Below, piece after piece: positions 14,440 to 28,260 of a stretch of DNA of 64,000 nt. Each line of letters begins with the position of its first letter. Positions within the stretch are counted from its first letter, which is position 1. The translations under genes were made by a program, and so were the position numbers. A model generated the notes under the pieces. It saw nothing but the letters and a program-made list of their open reading frames with translations, ran no database searches and had not been told where the DNA came from. Origin of the DNA: the human T2T-CHM13v2.0 reference genome, Homo sapiens; the NCBI RefSeq assembly GCF_009914755.1, contig NC_060927.1. One strand, 5' to 3'.

Positions 14440-14645
14440 TATATATTTATGTGCCAGGGAATATTCTACATTGTTTTCATGTATTAACTCATTTAATCCT
14501 CACAACTATATGAGGTAGATACTATTATTACCCTCACTGTATATTAGTAAATGTGACACAGAGAGGTTTACTCACATGTGTAATAGCAGACACCTACAAA
14601 GATTCAAAGACTAGATTTGAACTTCATCAGCCTGACTGTAAATCC
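14440..14645 (-). mobile_element. MIR
   Basis: actcatttaatcctcacaac...tgaggtagatactattatt core. Confidence 0.75.
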
Positions 14646-14754
14646 TACATGGACTATTTAATTTTAGAAAAATTATGTTCATACAACCCTGCCCATTTTA
14701 CAGATGAAGAAATGAAGTAAAATGGCATTTTCAAGACCCTACTACTGATAGCAA

Positions 14755-14759
<5 letters not shown>

Positions 14760-14793
<34 letters not shown>

Positions 14794-14802
14794 CATATAT
14801 AT
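14760..14802. repeat. (TA)n
   Basis: Seen directly. Confidence 0.9.
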
Positions 14803-15162
14803 TTTTTTAAGTAATTAAAGATTCATTTGAAGAATAATATTACCTATACATGAACAAGTTTATATTTTTGTAAAACGTCTTCTAACATTTGATATATGAC
14901 TTTATCTTTTAGCTTTGTTTATAAAAAAACAACATCAAATAGTTATGTCAAATATTTAACCAGTTATGCTTTTCCTACAATAAAGAGTTAAACATGAGTA
15001 ATCAAAATTATAGTATTTTAGAATATATATCTTTTAGGAGGAAGAAACAATACGAAAATAAGCTGATTAAAAGAATAATACTTATACTTCGAGGCTTCTT
15101 AACTCAATTTCATATATCGCCAACATATTTTATCAGTTTTGTTCATTAAAAAATTGTACTGT

Positions 15163-15870
<708 letters not shown>

Positions 15871-18749
15871 ATTTGTATTATATAAGACATCCATCAATAA
15901 TTAACTTAGCAAATATTTTGACCACCTTATTATGTCAATAATACTGTTCTTAGTATTGAAGAAAGAAATTAATATGGATACAATAAAATTAAAATCAGAA
16001 CTTGGAGAGTAAAGGAGAGAGGAAAGACATGAGAAACATACAATGTGGCATGACGGCAGCAGGTTGGCTTAGGAATGCTGTGAGTCACACAGGCCTTGGA
16101 TGAAAAATTTGCACCATCACTTCTTAGTTTGGGACTCATCTGTTAAAAAGGGCTGTTGAGAGGACTGGATGAAATCCATTACTAGCCTTGAGTCTACAAT
16201 AATTCTCTTGCCCCTCCAATGCTCTATAAAGTTGCATGCACATGTAAATGAAAGCTTAACATAAGCTATAAAGATGTAGAACAGTTATGAAATTTAAGAA
16301 GATTTCCCAGAAATGACAGCTGAGCCGATACTTAAAGCATGAGCTAAATTTCATCAAGATGATTTCAGGGGGCATCACATATTTCAGAAAAACAAAAGAT
16401 CACAGACAGAGTTATAGAGATATTTAAGTCCAAGGATACTTAGTAGCATCTGTAAGTATCCCTGGAGGAGAGGAGTGAAGAGTTGCAAAAGGGGAAGCCT
16501 AGCAGGTATGTTTAAACCACATGGTGACCAGCCTCATCTACTAACGAAGGGGTGTTTTGCTTGGCTTGCTTCTATCCCACAGTTAAGTGGTGTAACATAG
16601 ATATGTTAGGCTAACCTGGTTGCTTGAGATCTGAATAAAATCAGCTCAAACCTCCCTTCTAAGTCAAATCCTAAATAAAGTTTTAAGCCATATCACTGAA
16701 TCCTGCTTCAGCAGTTGTGGTTTCTGTTTCATATTGCATCACCAAGTATGATACTCAGCATCTCCCCAGGTTTTCACAAGAACACACCCTCAAAAAAAAA
16801 GAAAAAAAACCTTTCCAGAAAGCATTTGTGAGTTTAATGCTCTTAATCCTCTTGTCTCACGAGTGAAAAGATCATAAGGAAACTGCATTGCACAAATGCA
16901 TACAACTTCCAATTAAACAACAGACATTGTATTTCTTAGAACACTGCCTCACATCCAAGGGAATTTGAGGACAGAGGAATTCATTCCTGTTATCAGTTCA
17001 TCCTTTCGAGAATGCAGTTTTGATCAATTAAAAGTTTCCGACAAAGTCAACTACTGAAAAAGTATTTCTCTAGATAACCTTGTATTTGATTAATCACAAT
17101 ATCCCAATCCTGATATTAAAGTAAAAGGAGTTCTAATGTAAACCATTTACTACTGGTTAGCCATTGATTTACAAAGTTGGAATTGTTATAGGTATGAGTG
17201 TTTTCAATATTTAGGCTGATCACGGGAAGGTGGAGTTTAAACTATTGAGCTACTACAACAAAGCTACTGCTAGTCTTCTGTGGTTAGAGACTTAAAATAT
17301 CTAATGTTTGTATTCTTAAAACAAGCCAGATTTCAGAAATTCATTTTCTTGCTCGAAATACACACAGACACACATATACACACTATTTTTAGAAACTTAG
17401 TTAAAATTAAGTAACCATTTCAACCTTAAAATGAGTATCGTCAGCAAACAAACGATTATAGAAGTCCTTTCTCCACCTTAAAACAGTAGTTCTTTACATT
17501 TCATAAAACCCTCTGGGTTGCTTTTTTGTCTTGACTTCAAAGAGATATATAAGCTTAGATCAAGTTTGCAGTGGTATACTGCATGATGAGAAATGAGTCC
17601 TGGCTCTGTTTCAGGTCATGGTGATCCAACCTCCAAAAATACTAAAAACTGTGTAAGTCTTATAAAAATTCCCTCTAGTAGCTGTAAAATAGCTAGCTAT
17701 TACATTAAGATTGATTTAAGATATATGAGTCATTTGAAAAACTAACTGTTCACCCTTGGTTGGATGTTTTTGTATGTCATACTGAATATAAACAGAATGT
17801 AAACAATGGGTCCTCTAAAAAGTACAATACTACAGTTCTCTTTTAGACAAGATGATGCCTTCTGTAGAAAGATACACTCTCTTAAAGGCAATACAGAGAG
17901 CAGGTTTCAAAGAACATGATCTTACCTTCATAGATGCTGCAATTTCAAGAGTGAAACTATTAGGACACATTAAGAAGTGATCATAAATGAATTCAATATG
18001 AAAATAAAATGTGTTGATGCTTTGGTAAAATATTGTTGTTGTTTCCTTGTTCTATAGTTATATTAAGCAATTTTCCCCAATATATGTTCATACATGTTTA
18101 AAAAATGAAGGATGAGCCAGGACAGCACAGTTTCTCACATATGCCAGAGGAACATGTCAGGGGAACCCTAGAGGCTACAAACATTCCTTCTTTTCAAATT
18201 AAATTACATTTGCAAGTTTACTGTACACAGAATCCTAAAATTAAACTAAATCCACCAACTTGACTTTTTTAGAGAGCCGTAAGTAGGAAGAAAGCACACA
18301 TGTGCGTAAGGGTACACTCATAGAAACGTGATTTTCATTAGCATAGACACAGTCTTACAGTGATTGATGCACACATGATGTTTCTTCCTAGTTAGGCAGA
18401 AATGCTAGAAGTCAGCAATTTGGTGGAAACAGAGACTGCCATGTGTATTGCCAGTTGGGCAGCTTGACAATATGGGGTTTTGATTCCTGCTTGTGAACTA
18501 TGTGTTCCTAACAGCACAAGCCTCATTTGGGTGGAAGGAATATAGAAAATAACTCCAAGAAAAAAAAAAAAAAAAACGAGTGGGGAAAGTCAGTCAGTAA
18601 AAAAGGATATATTTAGAAGTACGTGAAACTTAAAAATTAACAATTATAATACAGGATCCAAAAGACACTAGACTGGAAGAAATAAATTTTTGATAAAAAT
18701 ACAACTTTCCAAATTAATGATACTAAGACAATACTCGCCGTTGCTCTTC

Positions 18750-19080
18750 CATCTCCCTGGCTCCCTCAATTCTGTCAAATTGTACTCAAATGTCACTCTC
18801 TCAGCGAGGCCTGCCCTGACTCTTCTAAACTGGGACCTCTCTGTCTCTATCCCACTGCACTCCCTATGCCCTCTTACTCCTTGACTTTCCTCCGTAGAGC
18901 TCATTACCATCAAACATGGCATATATTTTGCTTAAGCTCTTAATAGCCATCTTTTTCCCATTACAGTATAAGATTTGTAAGGACAGGAGTATTTTCAGGT
19001 GTGTTCACTGCTGTATACTCAGGATTCAGAAATTTCATGGCCAGACTAGGTATTCAATAACCATGTATAAATAAAGAATT
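18750..19080 (+). mobile_element. L2 3' end
   Basis: ctcaaatgtcac...gaggcctgccctgac...ttcactgctgtat...caataa. Confidence 0.75.
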
Positions 19081-19082
19081 CT

Positions 19083-19406
19083 GCTACAGACTGAATGTTT
19101 GTGTCCCTCCAAAATACATAAGATAAAGTCCTAATCCTCAATGTGATGGTAGGTGGAAGTGAGTCCTTTGAGAGATAATTGGGGACAGGGTTAATCCCCT
19201 TATAAAAGAGAAAGAGAAGTGATTTCTCTCTCTGCTTGTATGCACCAAAGGAAGGTGAGGACATAACCAGGAAGAGGGCCATCATCAAGAATCTGACCAC
19301 GCTGGAACCCGACTTCTAGACTTCAGAACCTTGAGAAGTAAACGTTGGTTGTTTAAGCTGCCCAGTCTATGACAATTTGTTATAGGAGCCCAAACTGATC
19401 AGCACA
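19083..19406 (+). mobile_element. MaLR solo LTR (MLT1A-like)
   Basis: tgctacagactgaatgtttgtgtccc...cccagtctatg...caca termini. Confidence 0.8.
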
Positions 19407-19599
19407 AACTCTCACTGGTGAAAACGGTAAACTGGGAAATAGCAAAAGGATATTTTTTTGTCCATTAAGACATACTTTGAACTTACTTTTTTAGTTGTAT
19501 TTTTAATTATCGGAATACTTTACATGTTGAATACATTTATATTAAAGATGGTTATGTTCCTGTGCAATCTAAATAAGTGGCTTCATTTCGTGTTTTTAT

Positions 19600-19850
19600 T
19601 TGTTTATTGACTTAATTTATTTAATTAGAGCTAGGATCTCACTATGTCACCCAGACTGGAGTGCTATAGCACAATCATAACTCACTGCAGTCTTGACCTC
19701 CTAGGCTCAAGTGATCCCCGTGCCTCAGCCTCCAGAGTAGCTAAGATTACAGGTGTGTACCACCACGCCCAACTAATGTTTTTTTAGACATGGAGTCTTG
19801 TTATGTTGCTCAGGCTGGCCTCAAGCAAGTCCTCCATCTCAGCCTTCCGA
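19600..19850 (-). mobile_element. AluJ, partial
   Basis: Diverged reverse Alu. Confidence 0.85.
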
Positions 19851-19989
19851 TCTTTCCTTTTTTATATTAAAACAGTAATTTCCACCCTGAGAAATAAAGT
19901 TTTATTACACAAGAATGTTAGGAGAAAACAAGGCAGGGACAGGTTGACACAACTATAAAGAATGAGTCAAAGAGATGTGATTACATTAC

Positions 19990-20932
19990 AGTTTCAGTAA
20001 GGTCTGAGTAGCTTAAATTAGACCACCCCACCTGCAAGTAATGATTATATACAATGGAAAAAATACAAAAACTCTTAGAAGGCACTGGAGAGTGACTAAA
20101 AACAATAGGCAAAAGAAATGGAGAGGCTACAACCTTCAGAGAAGGAAAATCTTGGACAGACATTTCGCAAAAGATATAAGAATGGCCAATACGCACATTT
20201 AAAAAAAAATTCAACATCATGAAGCATCATGGAAACACAAATTAAACCACGGTGAGAGATATCTCATATCCACTCAACTGCCTAAAGTAAAAAAGAATGA
20301 TGACACCATGGATGGCAAAAATAGAAACAACCCTCTTCCATTGCTGGTAGAAATGGTACAATCACTTTGGAAAACTGTCTGGCTGGTCTTTTATAAAGCT
20401 AAACATATACTTAAGACACGAGTTAGCAATTCCACTCAAAACTACCCAAAAGAAATAATAACATATGTCCATAAAAATGCTTGTATGATAATGTGTTAGC
20501 AACATATTCATAATAGCTGAAACTGAAAATAATCCAAGTGTCCGTTCGTACAAGAATGAATAAACAAATTGTGATATATTCATACACATAGAATTCCACT
20601 CAGCAATAAAAAATGAATGAACCATTGATGTGTGTAAACTCATAGATGAATTTCAAAACGTGTTAAGTCAAAGAAGCCACATCAAAATAGCATAAACTAG
20701 TGATCACATTCATATGAAGCTAAAGAAAAGGCAAAACTAATCTGCTGTGATAGATGTCTAAACAGTGGTTGCCTCTCAAGATAGGGATTGACTGGAAAAA
20801 CTAATGAGGAAATTTTGGAATGATGGACATGTTCTATTTCTTGACTTGTGGTTACACGGGTTTGTGAGTATATTCACCAATAGTCATTGGATTAGATACT
20901 CCATTGTATGTAAATTTTACCTCAATAAAAAA
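19990..20932 (+). mobile_element. Old L1M element (ORF2 end/3'UTR, possibly joined to a 5' piece)
   Basis: ggacagacattt...aatggccaat...cactttggaaaactg...ctcaataaaa. Confidence 0.8.
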
Positions 20933-20936
20933 TGCG

Positions 20937-21064
20937 GGCCGTGCACGCCTGTAATCCCAGCACTTTGAGAGGCTGAGGCAGGCAGATCGCTTGAGCTCAG
21001 GAGTTTGAGACCACCCTGGGCAACATGGCAAAACCCTGTCTCTACAAAAAATACAAAAATTAGC
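20937..21064 (+). mobile_element. Alu left monomer
   Basis: Ends at the A-rich linker aaaattagc. Confidence 0.85.
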
Positions 21065-21222
21065 ATTAGATTCTCATAGAAGTGCAAACCCTATTGTGAA
21101 GTGCACATGTGAGGGACTTAGGTTGCATCCTCCTTGTGAGAATCTAATTTTCCCACCCCATCTGTGGAAAAGTTGTCTTTCATGAAACTGGTCCCTGATG
21201 CCAAAAAGGTTGGGGACCTCCG
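21063..21222 (+). mobile_element. MER1 (hAT-Charlie) 3' half
   Basis: gcattagattctcat...gaaactggtccctgatgccaaaaaggttggggacc. Confidence 0.85.
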
Positions 21223-22002
21223 GGTTAGAGCACGGACTCTGGAAGAAATACCTGGTGTGAAAAGCCCAGCCCTGATTGGCCAGATTATCACCTTGGGCAA
21301 GTGATGTAATCACTGTAAGCAGCATCTGAAATGGAAATAATATATGCTGCATTGTGATGTGTAGAGTAATTGTAGGGATCTTTACAAAGTGTTTAGCACA
21401 GTGAGTGTTAAGAGTAATAATAGCTCAAGAAGTGTTTATCATCATCATCATCATCATCACCATTCAGAGTTCCAAATGAAAGGCTAAAGAGTCTCACTTT
21501 AAATCAGTTGGGATAAAAGGCTGCAATATTTTTGGTAGGTGGATCAGTGAAGAAATACTTAGTTCATGTTTCTGAACAGTTTAGTTCTCTTAATTTTTAT
21601 GCCTAAAGGGTCAATCTAGATATATCAAGCCATTTCTAGTTGGCTTCATATCATTGATTTGCCTGATATCATTTATATAAAATCAACTACATAGTCACAG
21701 GAATTCCTTTTCCCATTCCACTCTCAAAAGATAAATATCGCCCATTTCCTTAAAATTCAGGACTCCTGGTCCTCTCCTCCATCAGGTAACCACTGCTGAC
21801 CTTTGTTCTTTCTCCCACTTTAGTCCCCTGGATTTCAGGAAAGTGCAACCTCATACTGGCAGGAGGAAAGACCTCTCCCTTCTCCCATCCCATTGCCATC
21901 ACACTGTGGTAAGCACAGCGTACTAGGAGATTTGTTCTTGACATCTCAAGATAAAATTCTGAATGCTTTTGTCATAGATTCGTTGCTAGGCTTCATGTAT
22001 TG

Positions 22003-22396
22003 TGCTGTGGTTTGAATGTGTCTTCTCCAAAATACAGGTGCTGAAATTTAACATCCAATGTGATAGTATTAAGAAGCGAAGCTGTTATGGGGTGATTAGG
22101 CCATGAGCGCTCCTCTCTATGAAAGAGTTAAGGCCCTTGTAAATGAGACTTCACACAATATTCCATTGGCTCGCCCTTCTGCCTTCTGCTATGTGGAGGA
22201 ACAGCATTCCTCTCCTCTGGAAGATGCAACAATAAGGTGCCGTCTTGGAAACCCAGAGCAGCCCTCAACAAGTAACCAAACTGGCTGATGCCTTGACCCT
22301 AAACTTCTCAGCCTCTTCAACTGTGAGAAATAAATTTCTGTTCCTTATAAATTACTCAGTCTTAGATATTTTATTGTAGCAGCACAGACTAAGACA
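22003..22396 (+). mobile_element. MaLR solo LTR (MST type, MSTD/MSTC-like)
   Basis: TG...CA termini with perfect 5-bp TSD tattg (21998-22002, 22397-22401). Confidence 0.9.
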
Positions 22397-23779
22397 TATT
22401 GGCTGTTTATTAATATTAATTCCATATCTTATGTATAAATATTAGCTAAATAATTTTCCTAAGCAGATATAAAAATTAATCACTATAGATTTTAATGAGG
22501 AAATAACGTCTAAGTTAAAACAATGCACTTGTATTACACTTTGTGAATAAACTTCTACTTTATAAATAAAAAATGATGGCTTTTTTTCGAATTTCATAAA
22601 AGTAGATGCTTTTCCACAGTAAAAAAAAATTGATTTCTATAAAGACATTTTTATGATAGATTTTCCTCTAGGATCTGGTACTAGAAACTTCTCTCTTTTG
22701 AAAAGCCATCATGAATTAGTATAGGAAAGACCACAAAAGGCTGCTGCTCCTTTCTTCATTCTGAATTTTGACATATTTGCTTTCCTTAGCTTCCCTATTC
22801 ATAAAATGGGAAGAATTAATCTATAAAACTTCTTGTAAGATTTCTGAAACACCCAGAGATAAGGTTTTGCCAGAAATGTTTCATCTTTTCAACGCTTAGC
22901 CGAATCTCAATTTCCTTGGCTGAAAATGAAAAGAATTTAGTTTTTCTTAAAAAGCCAAAAACCACATTAAAAGAATATATGGTTCTAACGGTGGGAAAAT
23001 AGATTAAAAAGGAACATAAATTAATATCTCCCTAAGCCAACACATCATTCATTTTCAGAGATCATGTGACAACTACAAAAATTCAAAGCCATGAAAAGCA
23101 AGTAAAACAGCAATTAATGTGTCATATTTATCACTATGTTATATATATTTCTACTAAATTTTAAATCTAAAGAAATGAAAAAACCATAGGTAATTTACAT
23201 TTTAAAATAAACAGTACTGAATACTTTTCAAATACCTAATATTTGTTCACCTTTTTAGCAAATTATAAAATGTCCTCAGATATTAGATAAAAGATACACT
23301 AATCTGCTTTTTGAAATCATATTTATATGTTTAATGTATTCATGAACAACTTTTAAAACAGAAAATGTGTTTTCTAGCACAGCTAATGAAACGAAGACCA
23401 ATAACAAAGATGAAATAAAGAAGAAGGAAAAATCTCATATACATGTTTTGTCTTAAAAATACCTGTCAACTACTGAAAAACCAATTAGGTTAAAGAAAAA
23501 GAAGAAATAATACAGCAGAAACAAATTATCATTGAAATCCACCAAAACTTCCCAAAATAAGAATCCGTGCTGTTCTGCCCATTGTGGCTGCCATATGTGG
23601 CTGCAGGAATCTCCGAAGACAAGAATAGAGTCTTTCAAAACTTCTGATCATATCCCTGGTTTAGGCCCACCTCAGGCAGCCTAAGATTCTGTTAATCAAT
23701 TAGCTGAGGTCCCTGCTAAGGCTAGAAAGAGAACACTGTAAGCAAAGAGGCTGGAGCACACGGAACAAAGCTATCTATT

Positions 23780-24130
23780 GCAGTGGATGAGCTTTTCTTG
23801 TGCATATGCACACTGGCCATTGTTCCATTCTTGAAGAATCACATTAATCAATGTTCAGAGGCTGCACCTCCAAAACAGAGAGTTGGCTGTTCATCAGTGA
23901 TTTATTACAGAGCCCAACATGCATTTGACATGAAACAAGTTGAGAGTTTGGAAACTGCCACTGGAGGGGGAAGGGGAAGTATAATTTGGAGTGTGAAGGG
24001 TGCTAATGCAGACACAAATCAGTTCCCTTCAGCGGTCAGAAAGATACTGCTGCTGACAATTAGGGTTACAAATATCCAGGCTTTCGTTGAAGACCAAATG
24101 TATTATTTTGGTCAAAGAATAAATGCAGAA
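23780..24130. promoter_or_regulatory. Candidate developmental enhancer
   Basis: Repeat-free; TGATTTATTA (PBX-HOX-like), CATTGTT (SOX) and TGACA motifs. Confidence 0.35.
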
Positions 24131-25134
24131 GCTTTAAACATAAATAGAAAAGAAAAGGGAAGAAAAGAGAGAAAGAAAGAGAAAAAAAGTAAAATTCAAG
24201 GGGGAGCAGGTTGTAATCAATTTTAAAAGGCCTTGTTGTTTTTCAAAATTATTTAAGTTTTTGAACTAAATCCTTGCTTATAGAATATATTTTGAAATGC
24301 TATCATTGGAAAGAAAACTGTACCTGGCCATTGCCTTGTCAAGTGCCAGAAATTATAAATCCAATGTAAAATTAAGCATAAATGTTAAAATCACTCCATT
24401 GCACTAATTAAATATCCTCTTATTTAACTGGATGACCAAACATAAACATAGTAGTTTCTTTGAAAAGCAACATTTTCCTTGGAAGAAAAATGATTTGTTC
24501 TTTGGCAAGATTTGGCATTGCTATCACAAAAGTTGATCAAGTGAAGTCACTGAACAGGAAACAGTGGTTGTGTTGTGGTTGTCATTTTAATTCTCAACAT
24601 AATTTCTTTTGGACCAAAAGCCATTTTTAGAAGTAACAATCACACATTTTAAAACAAAAATCTGGACACAACATTTGATGTATTTCAGATGACCTACTTG
24701 GCAAGAGAAGTAAATTTTACTGAATTGGGACTCTCCTAGAAAATAAGAATTATACTTTTGTTGTACACTTAGAAGCAATCCTCAAAATGTCTGAGGTTGG
24801 AAGAACGGGTGTTTAATTAATCCTTTTAGATAAAAGTAATTATTCATCACCATTGACATATCATCAACTACACAAGACACCTAAACCTTCAGAGACTTAA
24901 GACTACAAGAAACAGCTGCTTTTGGTCAATTATGTTCTGGACTGTCAAGATTCATAATACTCAAACAATTCTCTCTCCCCATTAAAACAGAAAAAGTTAT
25001 TCATATAGGTATGGTGATTGTACCAGGAATTGTAACTGGATTTAAAATAAGAGAATACACTCAGAGAGAATTACATTCTCCTTTCTTTGCCTTAGTTTGC
25101 TCAGCTGTAAAATGGAGATAGTAACAACACTCAA

Positions 25135-25529
25135 CAAGCTAAGCCATCATATCCCCAGTGACCTGCACCTATACATCCAGATGGCCTGAAGCAACTGAAG
25201 ATCCACAAAAGACGTGAAAATAGCCTTAACTGATGACATTCCACCATTGTAATTTGCTTCTGCCCCACCCTAACTGATCAATGTACTTTGTAATCTCCCC
25301 CACCCTTAAGAAGATTATTTGTAACTCTCCCCACCCTTGAGAATGTACTTTGTGAGATCCACCCCCTGCCCACAAAACATTGCTCCTAACTCCACCAACT
25401 ATCCCCAAACCTATAAGAACTAACGATAATCCCACTACCCTTTGCTGACTCTCTTTTCGGACTCAGCCCGCCTGCACCCAAGTAAAATAAACAGCCTTGT
25501 TGCTCACAAAAAAAAAAAAAAAAAAAAAA
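25135..25529 (+). mobile_element. HERV-H LTR7 U3-R segment with poly(A) tail (processed retrocopy)
   Basis: Matches the LTR7 sequence as I recall it from caagctaagccatcat. TATA-like ctataag at 25411, AATAAA at 25486, ends ttgctcac then A22. U5 absent. Confidence 0.9.
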
Positions 25530-26015
25530 GAAGAGTTATTTTAAGAAGTGCCTAATAAATATTGCCATGTGTCTAAATTTTAAAATATTGATAAATGTGA
25601 TAATTTCATCAGCGCTTTGAAAATGCTTTTCTAGCCCGTTTCTTGTATTTGTTCATCTTGTGTTCATATAGGTAAAAAAGGTGGGGGTAGGGTGGGACAA
25701 GAAAGAGGAATTCCTTGGGCTCTAAAGTATCTGCTGCATACACCACTAATCCTAACAATGAACACATCTGCCTACACAGAAATAATTCTTAGTTCACAAT
25801 CAACGGAGGCAGGATAGCAAGAGGTGAGAAAATGCAACAAAACTGTATGATTTACTCATATCAGCTGTGTATGAATGTGCATGCATGCACACACAATTCC
25901 ACACACATTAGGCTTTGCCATCTCTCTATAGCTATGTTTCTGTAAGGAAACAATTTGGTGTCCTGACAGTGAACAGTATCTCACCCTCCTTATTCTGTAC
26001 CTTCACAGTCTAGAC

Positions 26016-26206
26016 CAGTGATTCAAAAACTTGGCTGAGCAATACAATCACCTGGGACCTTTTCAGAATTTCAAAGCTCAGGCCACACCTCCACTCAATT
26101 AGTTCACAGGCTCTGGGGAAGGAACACAAGCATCAGTATTTTTCGAAGCACCATCCTCCACCCACACCCCACAGATGATTCCAGTGTGCAGATAGTCTGG
26201 GAACCA
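26016..26206. mobile_element. MER5-family hAT MITE
   Basis: cagtgattcaaaaacttggctg...aatcacctgg...gatgattccagtgtgcag...gaacca. Confidence 0.7.
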
Positions 26207-26397
26207 TAAACACATCAAAAGCAATTTCCAGGCAGGTAGCATGTTTAGAAGTCAGGACTTGGAATCGCTCTTATATATCCCTACATATCCCAAGTAGTTA
26301 GCATCTTTGTCATTCGGTAGATATGTTCATCAGTTGAGTTTACAGAACTTTAAAAAACAGTTAATTACAATCTTAAATTAATGAGATACCTTTTGAA

Positions 26398-27169
26398 AGG
26401 ACTTGTGTGTTGCACTTTTGTTATTTTGAGAGCATAAAAGATTGCCAAAAACACATTTCTAAATGGCTATCAGCCCTTTTTATTTTATTTATTATAGTGC
26501 ACTATAAATTTATTTAAAGCTAATTATTTTTAAAAGAAAATTATAAAGGGAATCAACATTTATAACATTACTTTTCAATGCATTTGCTTACTCATAATTC
26601 CCACATATCTAAACAAGAAGAAAACTTCATACCCATTGTTGAAAACTAAAAAGTAGTCTACTGCTGATAGATTTTTCTTTCTTGAGTTGTACCAAAAAGA
26701 TGATACAACAAAGAGATGTTCAGATTTTGCATTTGGATTTACGAAATGCTTGTTAATCTACAACTTGCATAGTGAAAGGTAGAACTCATGTGATATAGTT
26801 AGTAAACCAAAATACAAAAAAAACCCAGAGTGCTTATTTTATTCATTTCCAAATTTAAATATAATATATAAATGCAGATAATTATGAACTGTATTACAAA
26901 ATGAAATTGCTTTCAACAGTATCTCTGATGTTTTAGGACTTCCAAATTTAAATATATATATTTAATTTAAAACATATATTTTAAGTTCTAAAACATATAT
27001 ATATATATATGTTGATTCCCTTTACAATTTTCTTTTAAAAATAATTAGCTTTAAATAAATTTATAGTGCACTATAATAAATATAAAAAATATACTGATAG
27101 CCCTTTAGAGATGTGTTTTTGTTAATTTTTTATGCTCTCAAAATAACAAAAGTGCAATACACAAGTCCT
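26398..27169. repeat. Inverted duplication of unique DNA: arms 26398-26559 and 27009-27169
   Basis: Arms are reverse complements, about 92% identical by eye, with a 449-bp spacer. Confidence 0.92.
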
Positions 27170-27224
27170 CTATGGACTATATATATATAGAGAGAGACAG
27201 ATATATATATAGACAGATAGATAG

Positions 27225-27542
<318 letters not shown>

Positions 27543-28099
27543 CTAAAACATATATTTTTATATATCTATGGAAGTCTGTATATATTTAAATTTGGCATAT
27601 ATGAAAATAAATATGGAAGTCCACATATATTTAAATTTGGTATACATGGAAGTCCATATATAAATTTTGTGTATATATATGTAAAGTGATTTTTCTTTCT
27701 TCTTATAACATGTCATGTCTGTTTTCAGTTAGTTTGTAAACAGAATGAAGAAACCAAAGGGTGAAGTGGGTAGGATCCAGGTGTTGGCAAAGAGAGACTA
27801 GAAAGCCCAGAGGTACCAACCGTGTATATAGCGCATCCCCAAACTCCAGGCATCCCCCTGAGTCAGTGTATTTGTTCTTTCCTCTCACCTACAACTTGAT
27901 TTATTTCCAATGTCCTGTGCTAGGACTGGTACCCTAGTGTTTATCAAATTTTGGAGTCATTAACTGGCTCAATGTTAAAATGGTATTTTTGGATCTATAT
28001 TGTCACAGAATAAAAACATACCACTTTTTTTGAAAGATAAAGCAATTAGAGGCTGAGGGACAACTTAAATAAGTAAGTGCATTTTGTGAAGTGGAAACC

Positions 28100-28260
28100 T
28101 CGGCTCCTATAAAAATGTCATGCTGTGTGACTTCATGTACCTCACAGCCATTAAAATTGTGGGGAAATTTCATTGCAAAGAAAACAAACTATTATAATCT
28201 GATTAGGCAATTAATAGAAGTGACTGCTATTAAATGGTTATATGTTTTTAAATCATGGTA
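28100..28260. promoter_or_regulatory. Candidate enhancer
   Basis: TAATCTGATTA paired-homeodomain P3 palindrome, GGGGAAATTTC NF-kB-like site, further TAAT/ATTA cores. Confidence 0.3.

Noticed and set aside
23957-23972. CTCF-like ccactggaggggg
   Set aside because: Mismatches at core consensus positions.
23783-24226. 147-aa + strand ORF
   Set aside because: GTG start, no recognisable domain, A-rich low-complexity end. Better explained as chance over an enhancer-like block.
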